Shown: positions 39,701-48,615 of the stretch, one piece after another
Layout of the letters: the number at the start of each line of letters is the position of its first letter
Numbering within the stretch: the first letter of the stretch is position 1
Assembly: GCA_038046765.1 (NCBI GenBank)
Contig: JBBSVN010000005.1
Coordinates: 32,001-96,000 of the forward strand
Reading direction: 5' to 3'
Source: Candidatus Micrarchaeota archaeon
Lineage (GTDB): Archaea > Micrarchaeota > Micrarchaeia > Anstonellales > Bilamarchaeaceae
Length of the DNA stretch: 64,000 bases
The notes under the pieces: generated by a model
The model's database searches: none
The model's input: the letters and a program-made list of their open reading frames with translations, nothing else
What the model was told of the DNA's origin: nothing
Made by a program: the position numbers and the translations under genes

Positions 39701-40718
39701 AAATAATCTGAATCTGGTCAATCATTTTTTCTGAAACAGAGACATATCTCAAACAGTTTCGTTCGCTATCTATGCTCCCATCTCCATCTATTAATCCGCT
39801 TAATAATGCGTTTATAACTGGTTTTGGTGAAGAAAATATTTGTTTAGGAATAAATTTTGTTTCTGCCAAAGCGTTTTCTAATTCAAATGTTTTTACTAAG
39901 AAGTTGTTTACATCTACTTTATTTACCCTTACTAGATACATCTTATTTAGAAGAATTTGGCCTGTTGTTGTTTCTACCTCATATTCTCTTTCTTCCAATG
40001 TTGCTTCATAATTAAATTCTTCATTTAATATCTCTATTAATTTTTGGATTACTGCAATCGAGTTACTCGAAACCGCGCATCTGTAATCCTTACCGTGATT
40101 ATATCCTTTTTCAACCCAACCATCTGATAATAATTGACCTAAAAGATACGCTATGTTTTCATTTAAGTATACTTTTTTACCTTCAAATTCTCCAAGTAAC
40201 ACATGCTTTTTTATGTTTGGATAAATAGATCTTGAAACGACGTATTGATTTTCTTTTAAATCCTTCGCTTCAATCCAAACAAATTCCATTTTTTCATTCA
40301 ATATCTTGAATTTTTGTGATTTAGTAACTATGTTTGAAATTCCATTTGCAAGTTTGATTTTTATTAATTCTTTTTCAGGCATTTCGTATAGCTCGTTAAC
40401 TTTATTTTCTCCATTTTGAGTGTAAACAATGTCTCCTTTCTCTATTTCTTGTATTGGGATTAATCCCCTTTTAGCTGCAACTAAGGTATCTTTTACAAAA
40501 CATTCCCCAACTACTCTAGCTGATTTTTTAGTTGGTTTACTATGTGTGTTTCCTAGTTCGTGCATTGAAAAAAGTATTCTTCTATGTACTGGTTTTAATC
40601 CATCTCGAATATCGGGAATTGCCCGTCCAACAATTACGCTCATCGAGTAGTTTAAGTAACTTTCTTTTAGGTCTTTTTCAATTGACTGGTTGATGATTAT
40701 TTCGGACATAAATACCAC
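36780..40718 (-). CDS. gyrA: DNA gyrase subunit A containing an intein
   Basis: [23 protein letters not shown], GyrA-box QRRGGKG, beta-pinwheel repeats. Confidence 0.96.
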   Translation of the reverse strand: MVFMSEIIINQSIEKDLKESYLNYSMSVIVGRAIPDIRDGLKPVHRRILFSMHELGNTHSKPTKKSARVVGECFVKDTLVAAKRGLIPIQEIEKGDIVYTQNGENKVNELYEMPEKELIKIKLANGISNIVTKSQKFKILNEKMEFVWIEAKDLKENQYVVSRSIYPNIKKHVLLGEFEGKKVYLNENIAYLLGQLLSDGWVEKGYNHGKDYRCAVSSNSIAVIQKLIEILNEEFNYEATLEEREYEVETTTGQILLNKMYLVRVNKVDVNNFLVKTFELENALAETKFIPKQIFSSPKPVINALLSGLIDGDGSIDSERNCLRYVSVSEKMIDQIQIILQHIGIFSTRYVQEPKEAHMINGRMAKGNFPAHSLEVRSRFAIELAEMLEFFDERKIAGKEKIGQDMKVCKYDQIPYAGKIIFGEFSNKHLGGGWYQDADNQKFKMGIKYPDGTKIRYSKDLKEKNLGRTQIVDLGIQEKLNQMKSPLANFINEVLDNDTYFLKVEKIEDAGIEKTYDIQVENSHEFIANGMISHNCMGKYHPHGDSPIYESLVRMAQEFSMRYTLVEGQGNFGSIDGDPPASMRYTEVRLQKLAEEMLNDLEKETVDFVPNFDGTLKEPTVMPSKFPNLLINGSSGIAVGMATNMPPHNLGEIVDGILAYISGANEEQVMSHVLGPDFPTGGQILGRNGIYNAQKTGRGSIKLRGKCEIDHKKNAIIIKEIPYQVTKTSIIETIADKVRDKVIEGVRGVHDLSDRTGIEVVVELTRDANPEVTLNQLYTHTGLQSSFGIINLLLVGKQPKVLPLYEMIREFVDFRKEIVTRRCQFELRVATDKAHILEGLTKALDNIEPIVAFLKKSKDVQEARLGLMNNYQLSEKQANAILDMRLQKLISLERKKIEEELSELMKEILKLKDILSDINKILEIIKVELAEIKEKHNNPRRTEILDSDEEIDDEALIPNDDVVLAITGRGYIKRMKLNEYHVQRRGGKGVGGETKEEDAILDVIVTKNHNYMLCFTNLGRVFWLKSYKVPEVSRHATGKTIVNLLDLKDEKVTSWISVDKFNENEFLMMSTKLGIIKRTSLANFNNPRKNGIIAITLKEKDGLVDVVKTDGKQSVLISTKKGQSIRFMEEDAREIGRTGQGVIGIRMDDDDEVVSMTVCNTSVLLTITENGYGKRTEIEEYRLQGRGGSGIINIKTEERNGFVCGAKCVNENDEILVVTDKGQTIRVGANGISIIGRNTMGVRIIKLNEGEKVASFAAFESKPDTTQETDVVNTVNAGETDQANVPKEKTNGTEVNAQEEKPPANAHEKKVD
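39114..40502 (-). mobile_element. 463-aa intein with LAGLIDADG endonuclease in GyrA
   Basis: [10 protein letters not shown] ... [36 protein letters not shown] and LSGLIDGDG. Confidence 0.95.
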
Positions 40719-40815
40719 TAAATCTATAGTTTAATCGTGTGTTTTTTTATTTATAAAATTAGGCTGTTTTTGCCTTATATATTTATCGCAAAAACGTATT
40801 AAATACCTGACGGTT

Positions 40816-41889
40816 TTACTTTCTTGCAATTATCGCTTCTCTTGTAGCATTGCGCTCTTCATAAGTTCCTCCAAGTGCTTCATAGTGCGTTGGTTTTCTG
40901 AATGTTTCTGAATAATACTCCGAAGGCAAATACCAAGCTTGTGTATCTCTAAAAAATGCTCCACTTTCATCTACTTCACTTGTTCCAAAAATAGAACTTT
41001 GTTCCAATGTTCCTGCCCACTTCATTCCAGCTAATCTGCAACAGGCTTGTAAAATACTACTATCTGCGCGTGCTTCTGCAAAGACTACTAAATTAGGGCC
41101 GTAGGTATTTCTTGCGATATAAACTGCCTTGTAAGCCATAAACGGAATGATGTCTAAGACAATTTGCCTATCCGCATCAACATTTACAAAATCCAAGAAT
41201 GCTACTTCTTCCTCATCATTGGCTCTTTCGCCTACTCTAAGTTCCCCAGTTTTCCTATTCAAATTTACAATTTCTTTATCTGCCATAAATACTGCTGCAA
41301 TTTTATCACTGCCAATTTTTCTTGCAACTAGTACGATGTGGTCGTTTGGCATTTTCATTACTGCTTCTGGACTAATGTCTGTTGGATAATCATAAAATAT
41401 TCTTGTAAACCTAGCTGAAATTTGCGTAGCAAGTGCTTCGTTCATGTGTGTTATTTGTTCAACCGCATAGCCTTCACAACTTCTAACTAATCCCTTTATT
41501 TCCGGAACAGGATATTCTTCTTCAATGCGCGAAATCTGTTCTAAATATTTTGCTTTAGCTTCTAAGTTACTTCTTCTTGAAGGCGTATTATGTGCCAGAG
41601 TAACTAAATTATATCCTTTGAAAATATGCTCTACAGGAAAATTTGCTTCTATTGAAAAACCATTTAGCGTTTCTCTACTTTTTTTAATTGCATTAACTAA
41701 ACTGGATTCGATAAATGCTCTGATCATTACTCTAGTTGCAGGTGAAGTTTTCGGGTGTCCTATAAGTTTTTTTGCATCATCCATCAAATCTTCAATGTGT
41801 TCTTTGTCTATTAATCTAAAACATAAACCTTTGATTCGATTATTCTTTGGGTCATACCGGGGTAAATGAATTCCTAATCTTGCTGACAT
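40816..41889 (-). CDS. Hypothetical protein, possible GNAT-like C-terminal half
   Basis: VFAEARA..AGMKWAGTL resembles acetyltransferase ends; weak. Confidence 0.5.
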   Translation of the reverse strand: MSARLGIHLPRYDPKNNRIKGLCFRLIDKEHIEDLMDDAKKLIGHPKTSPATRVMIRAFIESSLVNAIKKSRETLNGFSIEANFPVEHIFKGYNLVTLAHNTPSRRSNLEAKAKYLEQISRIEEEYPVPEIKGLVRSCEGYAVEQITHMNEALATQISARFTRIFYDYPTDISPEAVMKMPNDHIVLVARKIGSDKIAAVFMADKEIVNLNRKTGELRVGERANDEEEVAFLDFVNVDADRQIVLDIIPFMAYKAVYIARNTYGPNLVVFAEARADSSILQACCRLAGMKWAGTLEQSSIFGTSEVDESGAFFRDTQAWYLPSEYYSETFRKPTHYEALGGTYEERNATREAIIARK

Positions 41890-41987
41890 AAATATTTCAC
41901 CGTTTAAAATTAGTTTAAATTAGTTTTTTATTTTTAGCTACTTTAATATATATTTGGTAACATTAAAAAGGGTTTTGAAAAGCAATC

Positions 41988-42039
41988 GATTCCGTTCTAG
42001 CGAACTTTTAGGCTGTTTTTGATGGTTGGAGCGGAAACG
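41988..42039. repeat. Palindromic ~52-bp direct repeat, copy 1
   Basis: GATTCCGTTCTAGCG...GGTTGGAGCGGAAACG. Confidence 0.85.
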
Positions 42040-42047
42040 TTTTATAA

Positions 42048-43316
42048 TTAAACTGATAAGGCAAATAACGGAAGATATAATCTGGTTTTTGTAATTGTTT
42101 TATCAATATCCAACATTATCGTGCCATCTCTCTGTTTTTTACCCTTGCCTACTTCAAATTTTAGTTTTCCTGCAATAAAATCTGCTTCATGGCTGTAAAA
42201 TAAATCTGGTTCACTTTCAACTAAATGCCGAAATACTGAGCCCTCTCTTGAGTTACCAGTTAATTCTGCAATGTTCGCAATTGGGAGGGCAAGGTAATAT
42301 CTAATAGAAGAAGAATAGAAAAACCATTTTTTCGGTTTTTTTAGCATTCGATTTCTTCCTTCAAATGTTATGCCTTTTATAAGAACGCTATTTTCAAGAG
42401 CATCTAGTATTTTAACAACACTTTCCTTTGAAATACCAATAACTTCTGAAAGGCTTGATATTTTTACCCCATCAGAAGGTATTGTAGACAAGTATTTTAT
42501 CATTTTTTCTGCGCTTGATAACATTTCACCACTGAATTTCTCATATTTTGCAAGATCTTCGTAAACCGTTCTTTTGATTAACTCAGTTATCGCTTCTTTA
42601 TACGCAATATCGCTAAGGTTAAGTGAAAATGGCATGTCTTGTTTTACATATTCCTCATAAATTGCAGATAAATTGTAGTTCTTCATAATTACAAGAACTT
42701 TAAGATATTGTGGATTGCAATCTTCTTCCTTTTTGATGTTGTTTCGTATCTCTAAAGTCAACTCTTCAGGAATTACCAAGTCATATTTTAATGCTAAGTA
42801 TTCTCTAAATGAGAACGGCAATGCATGTAATTCAAAAGCTCGTCTTGCCAATTCCTTTGTCTTTTTTATTGGCAATGCTGACGATGACGTGGCTATAATT
42901 ATAATGTTTGGTCTTCGGTCTCTTAGTACTTTTAATTTAAGATCCCAGTTCTCAAGGTAAGTTACTTCGTCGAGTAAAAGCAGGAACTGTTTGCTCATAC
43001 CAATGTTTTGTTTTTGTATGTAATCTAAAGCTTCTATTGCATCTTCTAAACTTATCCCCCTTGAAACTAAGGCATCTGCAGATAAATAAGTGATACTATC
43101 ATTATTTTTACTTTCCATTATCTGATAAAGTGCAGTCGTTTTCCCAGTTCCTCTTAAACCACTTATAAGAATTACTCTCTGACCGCTTTCTTTTATTGCT
43201 TTCTCAAGATTGCTTACAAAAAATCTTCTTTTTGTTATCTTCTTTAGTTCTTCTTGTGCCAAGATAACATTTTCTGCAATTGAGTTTGATATAAAATTTA
43301 CTATTTTGTCATCCAT
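42048..43316 (-). CDS. AAA+ ATPase (AAA_14/DUF4143-like)
   Basis: GLRGTGKTT, LLDEV, TSSS, PFSFREYL, PKKWFF, EADF. Confidence 0.85.
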   Translation of the reverse strand: MDDKIVNFISNSIAENVILAQEELKKITKRRFFVSNLEKAIKESGQRVILISGLRGTGKTTALYQIMESKNNDSITYLSADALVSRGISLEDAIEALDYIQKQNIGMSKQFLLLLDEVTYLENWDLKLKVLRDRRPNIIIIATSSSALPIKKTKELARRAFELHALPFSFREYLALKYDLVIPEELTLEIRNNIKKEEDCNPQYLKVLVIMKNYNLSAIYEEYVKQDMPFSLNLSDIAYKEAITELIKRTVYEDLAKYEKFSGEMLSSAEKMIKYLSTIPSDGVKISSLSEVIGISKESVVKILDALENSVLIKGITFEGRNRMLKKPKKWFFYSSSIRYYLALPIANIAELTGNSREGSVFRHLVESEPDLFYSHEADFIAGKLKFEVGKGKKQRDGTIMLDIDKTITKTRLYLPLFALSV

Positions 43317-43346
43317 AAGTCTATTCTATTTAAATAGGTATTTAAA

Positions 43347-43399
43347 GATTCCGTTCTAGCGGAAGTTTTAGGGTGCTTTTGAAGGTTGGAGCGGAAACG
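43347..43399. repeat. Palindromic ~52-bp direct repeat, copy 2
   Basis: GATTCCGTTCTAGCG...GGTTGGAGCGGAAACG. Confidence 0.85.
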
Positions 43400-43445
43400 C
43401 AAAAGAGCTCTGCATTTTTTAAATTGTTGTATTTATAATAATTTT

Positions 43446-44318
43446 ATGGTTAGAGAGTTTAAACTAGGTAAAGAAATAATTGCTGCAACAAGAAGTTATG
43501 TTCAAGTAGCCTTAAGAGATGCACTTAGAAAACAGGAAATGCTGGAACCAGATGGATTGTCCATGCAGGAAGGTTTACCAAAGAGAAAACACTATGATTG
43601 GACAGAAGAAAAACGAGCTTATCTTATCCAACTTCTAGAAGAACATCCTGATTTTGGTTATCAAGAAATAGCAGATGCAATAAATGAGAAATTTCCAGAT
43701 GGAGTTAAAGTAGACAGATATAAAATTAATGCGAAGCTTTCTTTTGACATTTACAAAGAAAAACCAGAATTAAGAAGGATAGCAGAATACCGACCATCTT
43801 GTGAATGGACAAAAGAAAAAAGATCTTATTTAGTAAAACTTTTAGTCGATTTTCCTGAACTTAGTCATGAAGAATTAGCAGATAAGCTAAATGAAAAATT
43901 TCCGAACGGAGTTCAAGCTGAAAAAGACACCGTTAAGGGTATAATCAGTCGTATTCACCAAGAAAACAAAGAATTAAGATGTGATTCCTTAATCTTTGAA
44001 GAACCTCGCGAACTAGATAATCAAATATTAACTAGAAATTATGCCTCAATTCCAGAAGATATTTTAGGTCTAAGTTTTGGTGAATCTTCACTTCCAAGCG
44101 ATCCAGAAAAGCATTTGTTGCATCTTGAAAAATTAGCTTGGCTTAAAGTAGCTTTAGAAAACTTGTCTGCTCGTGAAAGATATATATTAGAAAAACGTTT
44201 TGGGCTTGGTTGTGAAGAACAAACCTTAGAATCAGTTGCACATGAAATTGGTATTTCAAGGGAAAGAACTAGACAAATAGAAATCAAGGCACTTTCTAAA
44301 TTAAGAAGATCTCTTTAG
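43446..44318 (+). CDS. Protein with two Myb/HTH-like repeats and a C-terminal sigma70 region 4 domain
   Basis: WTEEKRAYL../WTKEKRSYL.. repeats; LSARERYILEKRFGL..TLESVAHEIGISRERTRQIEIKALSKLR; ATG start chosen within ORF 43386..44318. Confidence 0.8.
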   Translation: MVREFKLGKEIIAATRSYVQVALRDALRKQEMLEPDGLSMQEGLPKRKHYDWTEEKRAYLIQLLEEHPDFGYQEIADAINEKFPDGVKVDRYKINAKLSFDIYKEKPELRRIAEYRPSCEWTKEKRSYLVKLLVDFPELSHEELADKLNEKFPNGVQAEKDTVKGIISRIHQENKELRCDSLIFEEPRELDNQILTRNYASIPEDILGLSFGESSLPSDPEKHLLHLEKLAWLKVALENLSARERYILEKRFGLGCEEQTLESVAHEIGISRERTRQIEIKALSKLRRSL

Positions 44319-44330
44319 TGCATGGACTTA

Positions 44331-44894
44331 CTAGATTAGTTCCAAAACCCGTTCATACTTAATAAATCCGCTTTCTTTATTCATGTGCCCTGCATTGTGT
44401 TCAACAATAAATTCTGTGTTTGGTTTATTTAGTAAGCTTCTTAGCTTCTCGCTTTCTTTCATCGGAATGTACGGATCATTATCGCTTGCGATTATTATGA
44501 ATTTTTCACAACTTTGTTTTATCTTTTCCCAATTAAAAGGAGTTTTAAAAAAGTCCGAAATTGCCTTTATGTGTCCAGCTCGTTCGTTCTTATTTGTCGT
44601 GAATCCGCCAACAAGAATCGCGCATTTTATCTTCTTCCCTTCTTCAAGAGTTTCTAAAAATCTAAGTATCGCAACCGCACCCATACTATGCCCGACAATA
44701 ACTAGTTCTTCTATCTGCTCGTCCTTAATCGTTTCATTTATTTTAGTTAACCATTCTTTTTGCTTTGGAAAATCAGAATTAGGTAAATCTGGAGCATAAA
44801 CTGTTTCCTCAAGTTTTTCTAGTTCCGTTTTTAACCAAGGAAACCAGTTTCCAGAAGAATTGTTTTCCCAACCATGAAGGATAAGAATTGACAT
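44331..44894 (-). CDS. RBBP9/YdeN family alpha/beta hydrolase
   Basis: LHGW, NWFPWLK, GHSMG, SDNDPY, AGH. Confidence 0.9.
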   Translation of the reverse strand: MSILILHGWENNSSGNWFPWLKTELEKLEETVYAPDLPNSDFPKQKEWLTKINETIKDEQIEELVIVGHSMGAVAILRFLETLEEGKKIKCAILVGGFTTNKNERAGHIKAISDFFKTPFNWEKIKQSCEKFIIIASDNDPYIPMKESEKLRSLLNKPNTEFIVEHNAGHMNKESGFIKYERVLELI

Positions 44895-44973
44895 GAACTT
44901 TATTGCACCTCAAATCAGATATCTTGTTCTAATTAATCTATTTAAAGATTCTAGTATATAAAATTCTCTATTA

Positions 44974-47900
44974 TTGGGTCATTTTATGTTCAAAGAACCT
45001 GAATCAGCAAAACCTAAATTTTCACAGGAAGAATTGGCAGTTCAAAAAACATTAACTGACCTTCGTACACTCCGGGTGAAAGTTCCCGAGCCTGCAAAAG
45101 CAGTTCTGTCTAATCTTGATTATGCAATAAAAAGTTACGAAGCAGCCGCAGAAAGCTGGAAAAAAGGCGATAAAAAAGAGGCATTAATTTTTCAGCAAAA
45201 TGGTGCACAAAGTTATACTTTTGCAATTTCTAAAATACCTGAGTATGAACGAGACATGGCCGGAATGGCAGCAGTAAAAGGAACAATTCAATCTGCATCT
45301 AGTTTAAGGGACGAAATAAGAAAAAGTACTCAAGCTGCATTAAATGATGAATCAACGCCCGCAGATGTACGTAAATCTGTTATGCAACAAGGAATTGCAA
45401 ATGTCGCTCTTTTAAACCAGATCATTGAAGATGCTCAAAAACAAATGAAAATCGTTGAAAAAGATGGGGTTGAAGGTGCTAAAGATTTACAAAAAATTTC
45501 TCCTTCTTGGTCTGTTTCACTTTCAGCAGTTAATAGAAGTTTTCAGTTATCGGAGTTAGCTATGCAAGCTAGATCCTGCGAAAGACTATCTGGTAGCGAA
45601 GCTAAGGCAGTAGAAAAAGAATTAAGAGACGCTGCTGCAGCATTTACTAAAATTGCAGAGAATGCATTTAATTTAAAATCTCCTGAAAAATTAGAATCCG
45701 ATATAAAAACTGCTTTTGATAAAATGGCATCTGCGTTTTCTAATAGGGATAGTTTTCTAAAAAATAGGGTTGAAGGAATTACAAATCAGATGCGCTACTG
45801 GATGGTTGCACAAGTGCGGGGCACCCAACCTGAGTTTACTCCAACTGATGTTGAGGCTGCAGAAAGAAATTACATGCAGATTTCAACAGTTTTTCTAAAC
45901 ATTGAAGGTCAGTCTAAAAGAGAAGGGGCTTATAATTTAGCAATCAGAAATTTTAGGACAGTTAGGGATATGAAAGGGAAAATCGGGGCAGAGCGGGAGC
46001 GTGCAGAAGAATCTGCCATCGCAACAAAACGAATGCTTGAAGATTATATTCCAGCTGAAATTCAGTCTACCAAAAATTTTAATACAATGACAAATCTAAC
46101 AAAATTAGCTACTTCCTTTGCTTTTGCTCCTGTTGGAATTGCACTCGCATTTCATGGAATATACGAACAATACGAACGAACCGGAAGCGTTCGTGGCGTT
46201 GATGTTGGATTAGCTGCTGCTGGTGTAGTTGTTCCTGGTTTAGGAAAATTAGGAAAATCTGGTAAAACTTTGGCTGCTGCAGTCGGGTTAACTGCGTTTG
46301 GGGTCGGGACTGCCGTTGGTGTTAATGATCTTTATAAATCAATTCAAGCATTTAAGCAACAAAATCCGGGGCAAGAACTTGATGCGAACAAATTAATCGA
46401 ACTTAGTGCTCAGGCTGCTTCTGTTCTTTATCCACTAGGTCATCCTGCCCGAGCGGCTATTGGCGGAATAAAAAGCGCAGCACCCAAATTAAAAACAATT
46501 ATACCAAAATTAACAGAAGGTGTGAAAAAAGCAGCCGATCGTTATAAGGAATTGCAAGAAGAAAGAAGAGCAGCAGGTTTTAATCCACAAAGAGGATCAA
46601 TAGAAATGCCTTTATATGGCGCAACTAAGGTGACTCCAAAAGGTTTTGTAAGAACAATCGATAGCGAACCAACAAGTTTTAATCGGGATATTGTTCTTGG
46701 CAAATCCCCTCCAACTAACTATTTTCATGTTGAAACTCTATCTGCTTCCGATGTTTTAAAAGGCATAATAAAAAGTACAGGTATTTCATTATCAGAAGAT
46801 CAACAAGTCTCGCTTTCAGTTCGTATTGCTGGCGCAGTAAGGCAAGCTCAAGTTGCTTTTGGAAAAGAAAAAGTTGGGTTGCCTTTATCACCTAGCGAAC
46901 AAACTTTGGTAGCTACATTTAAACAAGAATTTCATTCTGCTGCCACAAGACCAAGAGGAGTATCTCCATCTGAAGTAGAATCATTCGGAGAGCATACCTT
47001 TGTTGCAAGGCAGATGGTTTTAGATTTCGTTAAGTATGGGAGAAAAGACAAATTAGAACCTTTAGGGGTAGTGCTTCCCGAACCTATGGTTAAAAAAATA
47101 AGAGCTGATATAGACGCACAAAAAAAAGTAAGTCCTGCTACTGATCCTAGGTCAGAAGCTCCATCTGTATCTATTACTGCTCCAACCGTTGAACAAGTTC
47201 TTTCAATACGCGGTCGACTTGTTAATCAACTTGCTTCTAATGAAGGTCTTAGTATTGAAATTAATGCGGGTGAAACTAGAAATGCTCGTGCTTTAGGTGC
47301 TACCAGATTTGCCGAAGCTACTGCAGAATTTAGCATACGTAACGAGCACGGACTAACTGCGGCAAAATGTGCTGAAATCGGAATCAGTGCAGAGACTTCT
47401 TTGGTAAAACTCACTGAAGTTTTGACTAAAGTTGAAAAAGATTACTCTCTTAGTTCATCTGAACAAAAATTATTCGATCGATTTAAATCAGATTATCAAG
47501 CACTTATTAATCGCGATGAATCTTTAAAATCTCTTTCTGTTTCCGATCGAAGTAGTGCAATTGCAAGCGGGTTATTAGAAAAAGCCTTAAAACAAGGAGA
47601 TACTTCTAAACTAGATTCGCTTGGTATTTCGATTCCTGAAAAAGTTCAACCTAAACCAGAAGTTGCACCTAAAGCTCCAGAGAAAGTTGTTAGTGAAGTG
47701 CCGATCGCCGAGTCTGCACCTGTTTCTAAACCGCAGTTAACACCTCAAAATGTTCTTGAGATATATAGTAATAAGACTTTTGGGGATAAAAAACATACTG
47801 CGGAAGAGTATGTTGTGCAGGGTTATTCTAAAAAAGTATTTCGTTCTTGGATGACTACAAAACCAGAAGAAGGGGCTAAAGTTACAATCGAGCTTACTTT

Positions 47901-48177
47901 AAAAACAAAAACACTTTCAGAGGCATTTGTTAAACTTGAAAAAGGACAGGCACTATCAACTGAAGAAAAAAGTTTATTTGATACAGTTATGGGCTCGAGC
48001 AAAACTACCCCCGCTGCATTATTAAGCGAGGCACGTTCTTATGCTAGTGCTGATGGTCATGTTTATGCTGCACAAAAAGCTATAACTCAATTTTTAGGTG
48101 CAGAATTAAGCCCTAACCCACGTGTCATGATTCCAAAACTCCAGCAGATCGGAATTACCTTAGCTAGATGGCAATGA
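44974..48177 (+). CDS. Large hypothetical protein with central Gly/Ala-rich hydrophobic helices
   Basis: 1067-aa ORF; helical N-terminus, hydrophobic middle, repeated C-terminal units. Confidence 0.6.
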   Translation: MGHFMFKEPESAKPKFSQEELAVQKTLTDLRTLRVKVPEPAKAVLSNLDYAIKSYEAAAESWKKGDKKEALIFQQNGAQSYTFAISKIPEYERDMAGMAAVKGTIQSASSLRDEIRKSTQAALNDESTPADVRKSVMQQGIANVALLNQIIEDAQKQMKIVEKDGVEGAKDLQKISPSWSVSLSAVNRSFQLSELAMQARSCERLSGSEAKAVEKELRDAAAAFTKIAENAFNLKSPEKLESDIKTAFDKMASAFSNRDSFLKNRVEGITNQMRYWMVAQVRGTQPEFTPTDVEAAERNYMQISTVFLNIEGQSKREGAYNLAIRNFRTVRDMKGKIGAERERAEESAIATKRMLEDYIPAEIQSTKNFNTMTNLTKLATSFAFAPVGIALAFHGIYEQYERTGSVRGVDVGLAAAGVVVPGLGKLGKSGKTLAAAVGLTAFGVGTAVGVNDLYKSIQAFKQQNPGQELDANKLIELSAQAASVLYPLGHPARAAIGGIKSAAPKLKTIIPKLTEGVKKAADRYKELQEERRAAGFNPQRGSIEMPLYGATKVTPKGFVRTIDSEPTSFNRDIVLGKSPPTNYFHVETLSASDVLKGIIKSTGISLSEDQQVSLSVRIAGAVRQAQVAFGKEKVGLPLSPSEQTLVATFKQEFHSAATRPRGVSPSEVESFGEHTFVARQMVLDFVKYGRKDKLEPLGVVLPEPMVKKIRADIDAQKKVSPATDPRSEAPSVSITAPTVEQVLSIRGRLVNQLASNEGLSIEINAGETRNARALGATRFAEATAEFSIRNEHGLTAAKCAEIGISAETSLVKLTEVLTKVEKDYSLSSSEQKLFDRFKSDYQALINRDESLKSLSVSDRSSAIASGLLEKALKQGDTSKLDSLGISIPEKVQPKPEVAPKAPEKVVSEVPIAESAPVSKPQLTPQNVLEIYSNKTFGDKKHTAEEYVVQGYSKKVFRSWMTTKPEEGAKVTIELTLKTKTLSEAFVKLEKGQALSTEEKSLFDTVMGSSKTTPAALLSEARSYASADGHVYAAQKAITQFLGAELSPNPRVMIPKLQQIGITLARWQ

Positions 48178-48193
48178 AATTAATTTTTGACAT

Positions 48194-48592
48194 TTATCTT
48201 ACTTTTAGAATTATTGCCGAGTTTTCTCTATTCATTGCGATTATTCTACTTTCCCCATTTTCTGCTTGCGAAGGACAACCGTAAAGCATTATATTCTCTC
48301 CAATCCATTTCTTACCTGGTCCAATTTCCCTTCTAACTATTCTTCTTCTAGGGATTGTTATATTCATTTTATCTTCTTTTATCCGGTCAAGTATTACTGC
48401 AATCTTCCCGTCAACTAGTACGTGGAATTTCTCGCCCCGATTAATTTCAACCCCTGTTTTTGCACATTCTTCAAGAGCTGGTTTAATTGATATAAAATCA
48501 TTTTCAGTTCTTATCTGGTTTCTAAGTAATGGGGTTCTTGAACAAGACAATAATACTGCTGCTCCTAATAATAATTTTTTATGATTTATCAT
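48194..48592 (-). CDS. Hypothetical lipoprotein-like protein
   Basis: LLSC lipobox-like signal. Confidence 0.5.
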   Translation of the reverse strand: MINHKKLLLGAAVLLSCSRTPLLRNQIRTENDFISIKPALEECAKTGVEINRGEKFHVLVDGKIAVILDRIKEDKMNITIPRRRIVRREIGPGKKWIGENIMLYGCPSQAENGESRIIAMNRENSAIILKVR

Positions 48593-48615
48593 GCGTTTCT
48601 ACCCTTTTAATCAAA

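Noticed and set aside
36798..40650. Many short antisense ORFs over gyrA and other genes
   Set aside because: Shadow frames of well-supported genes with no independent motifs.
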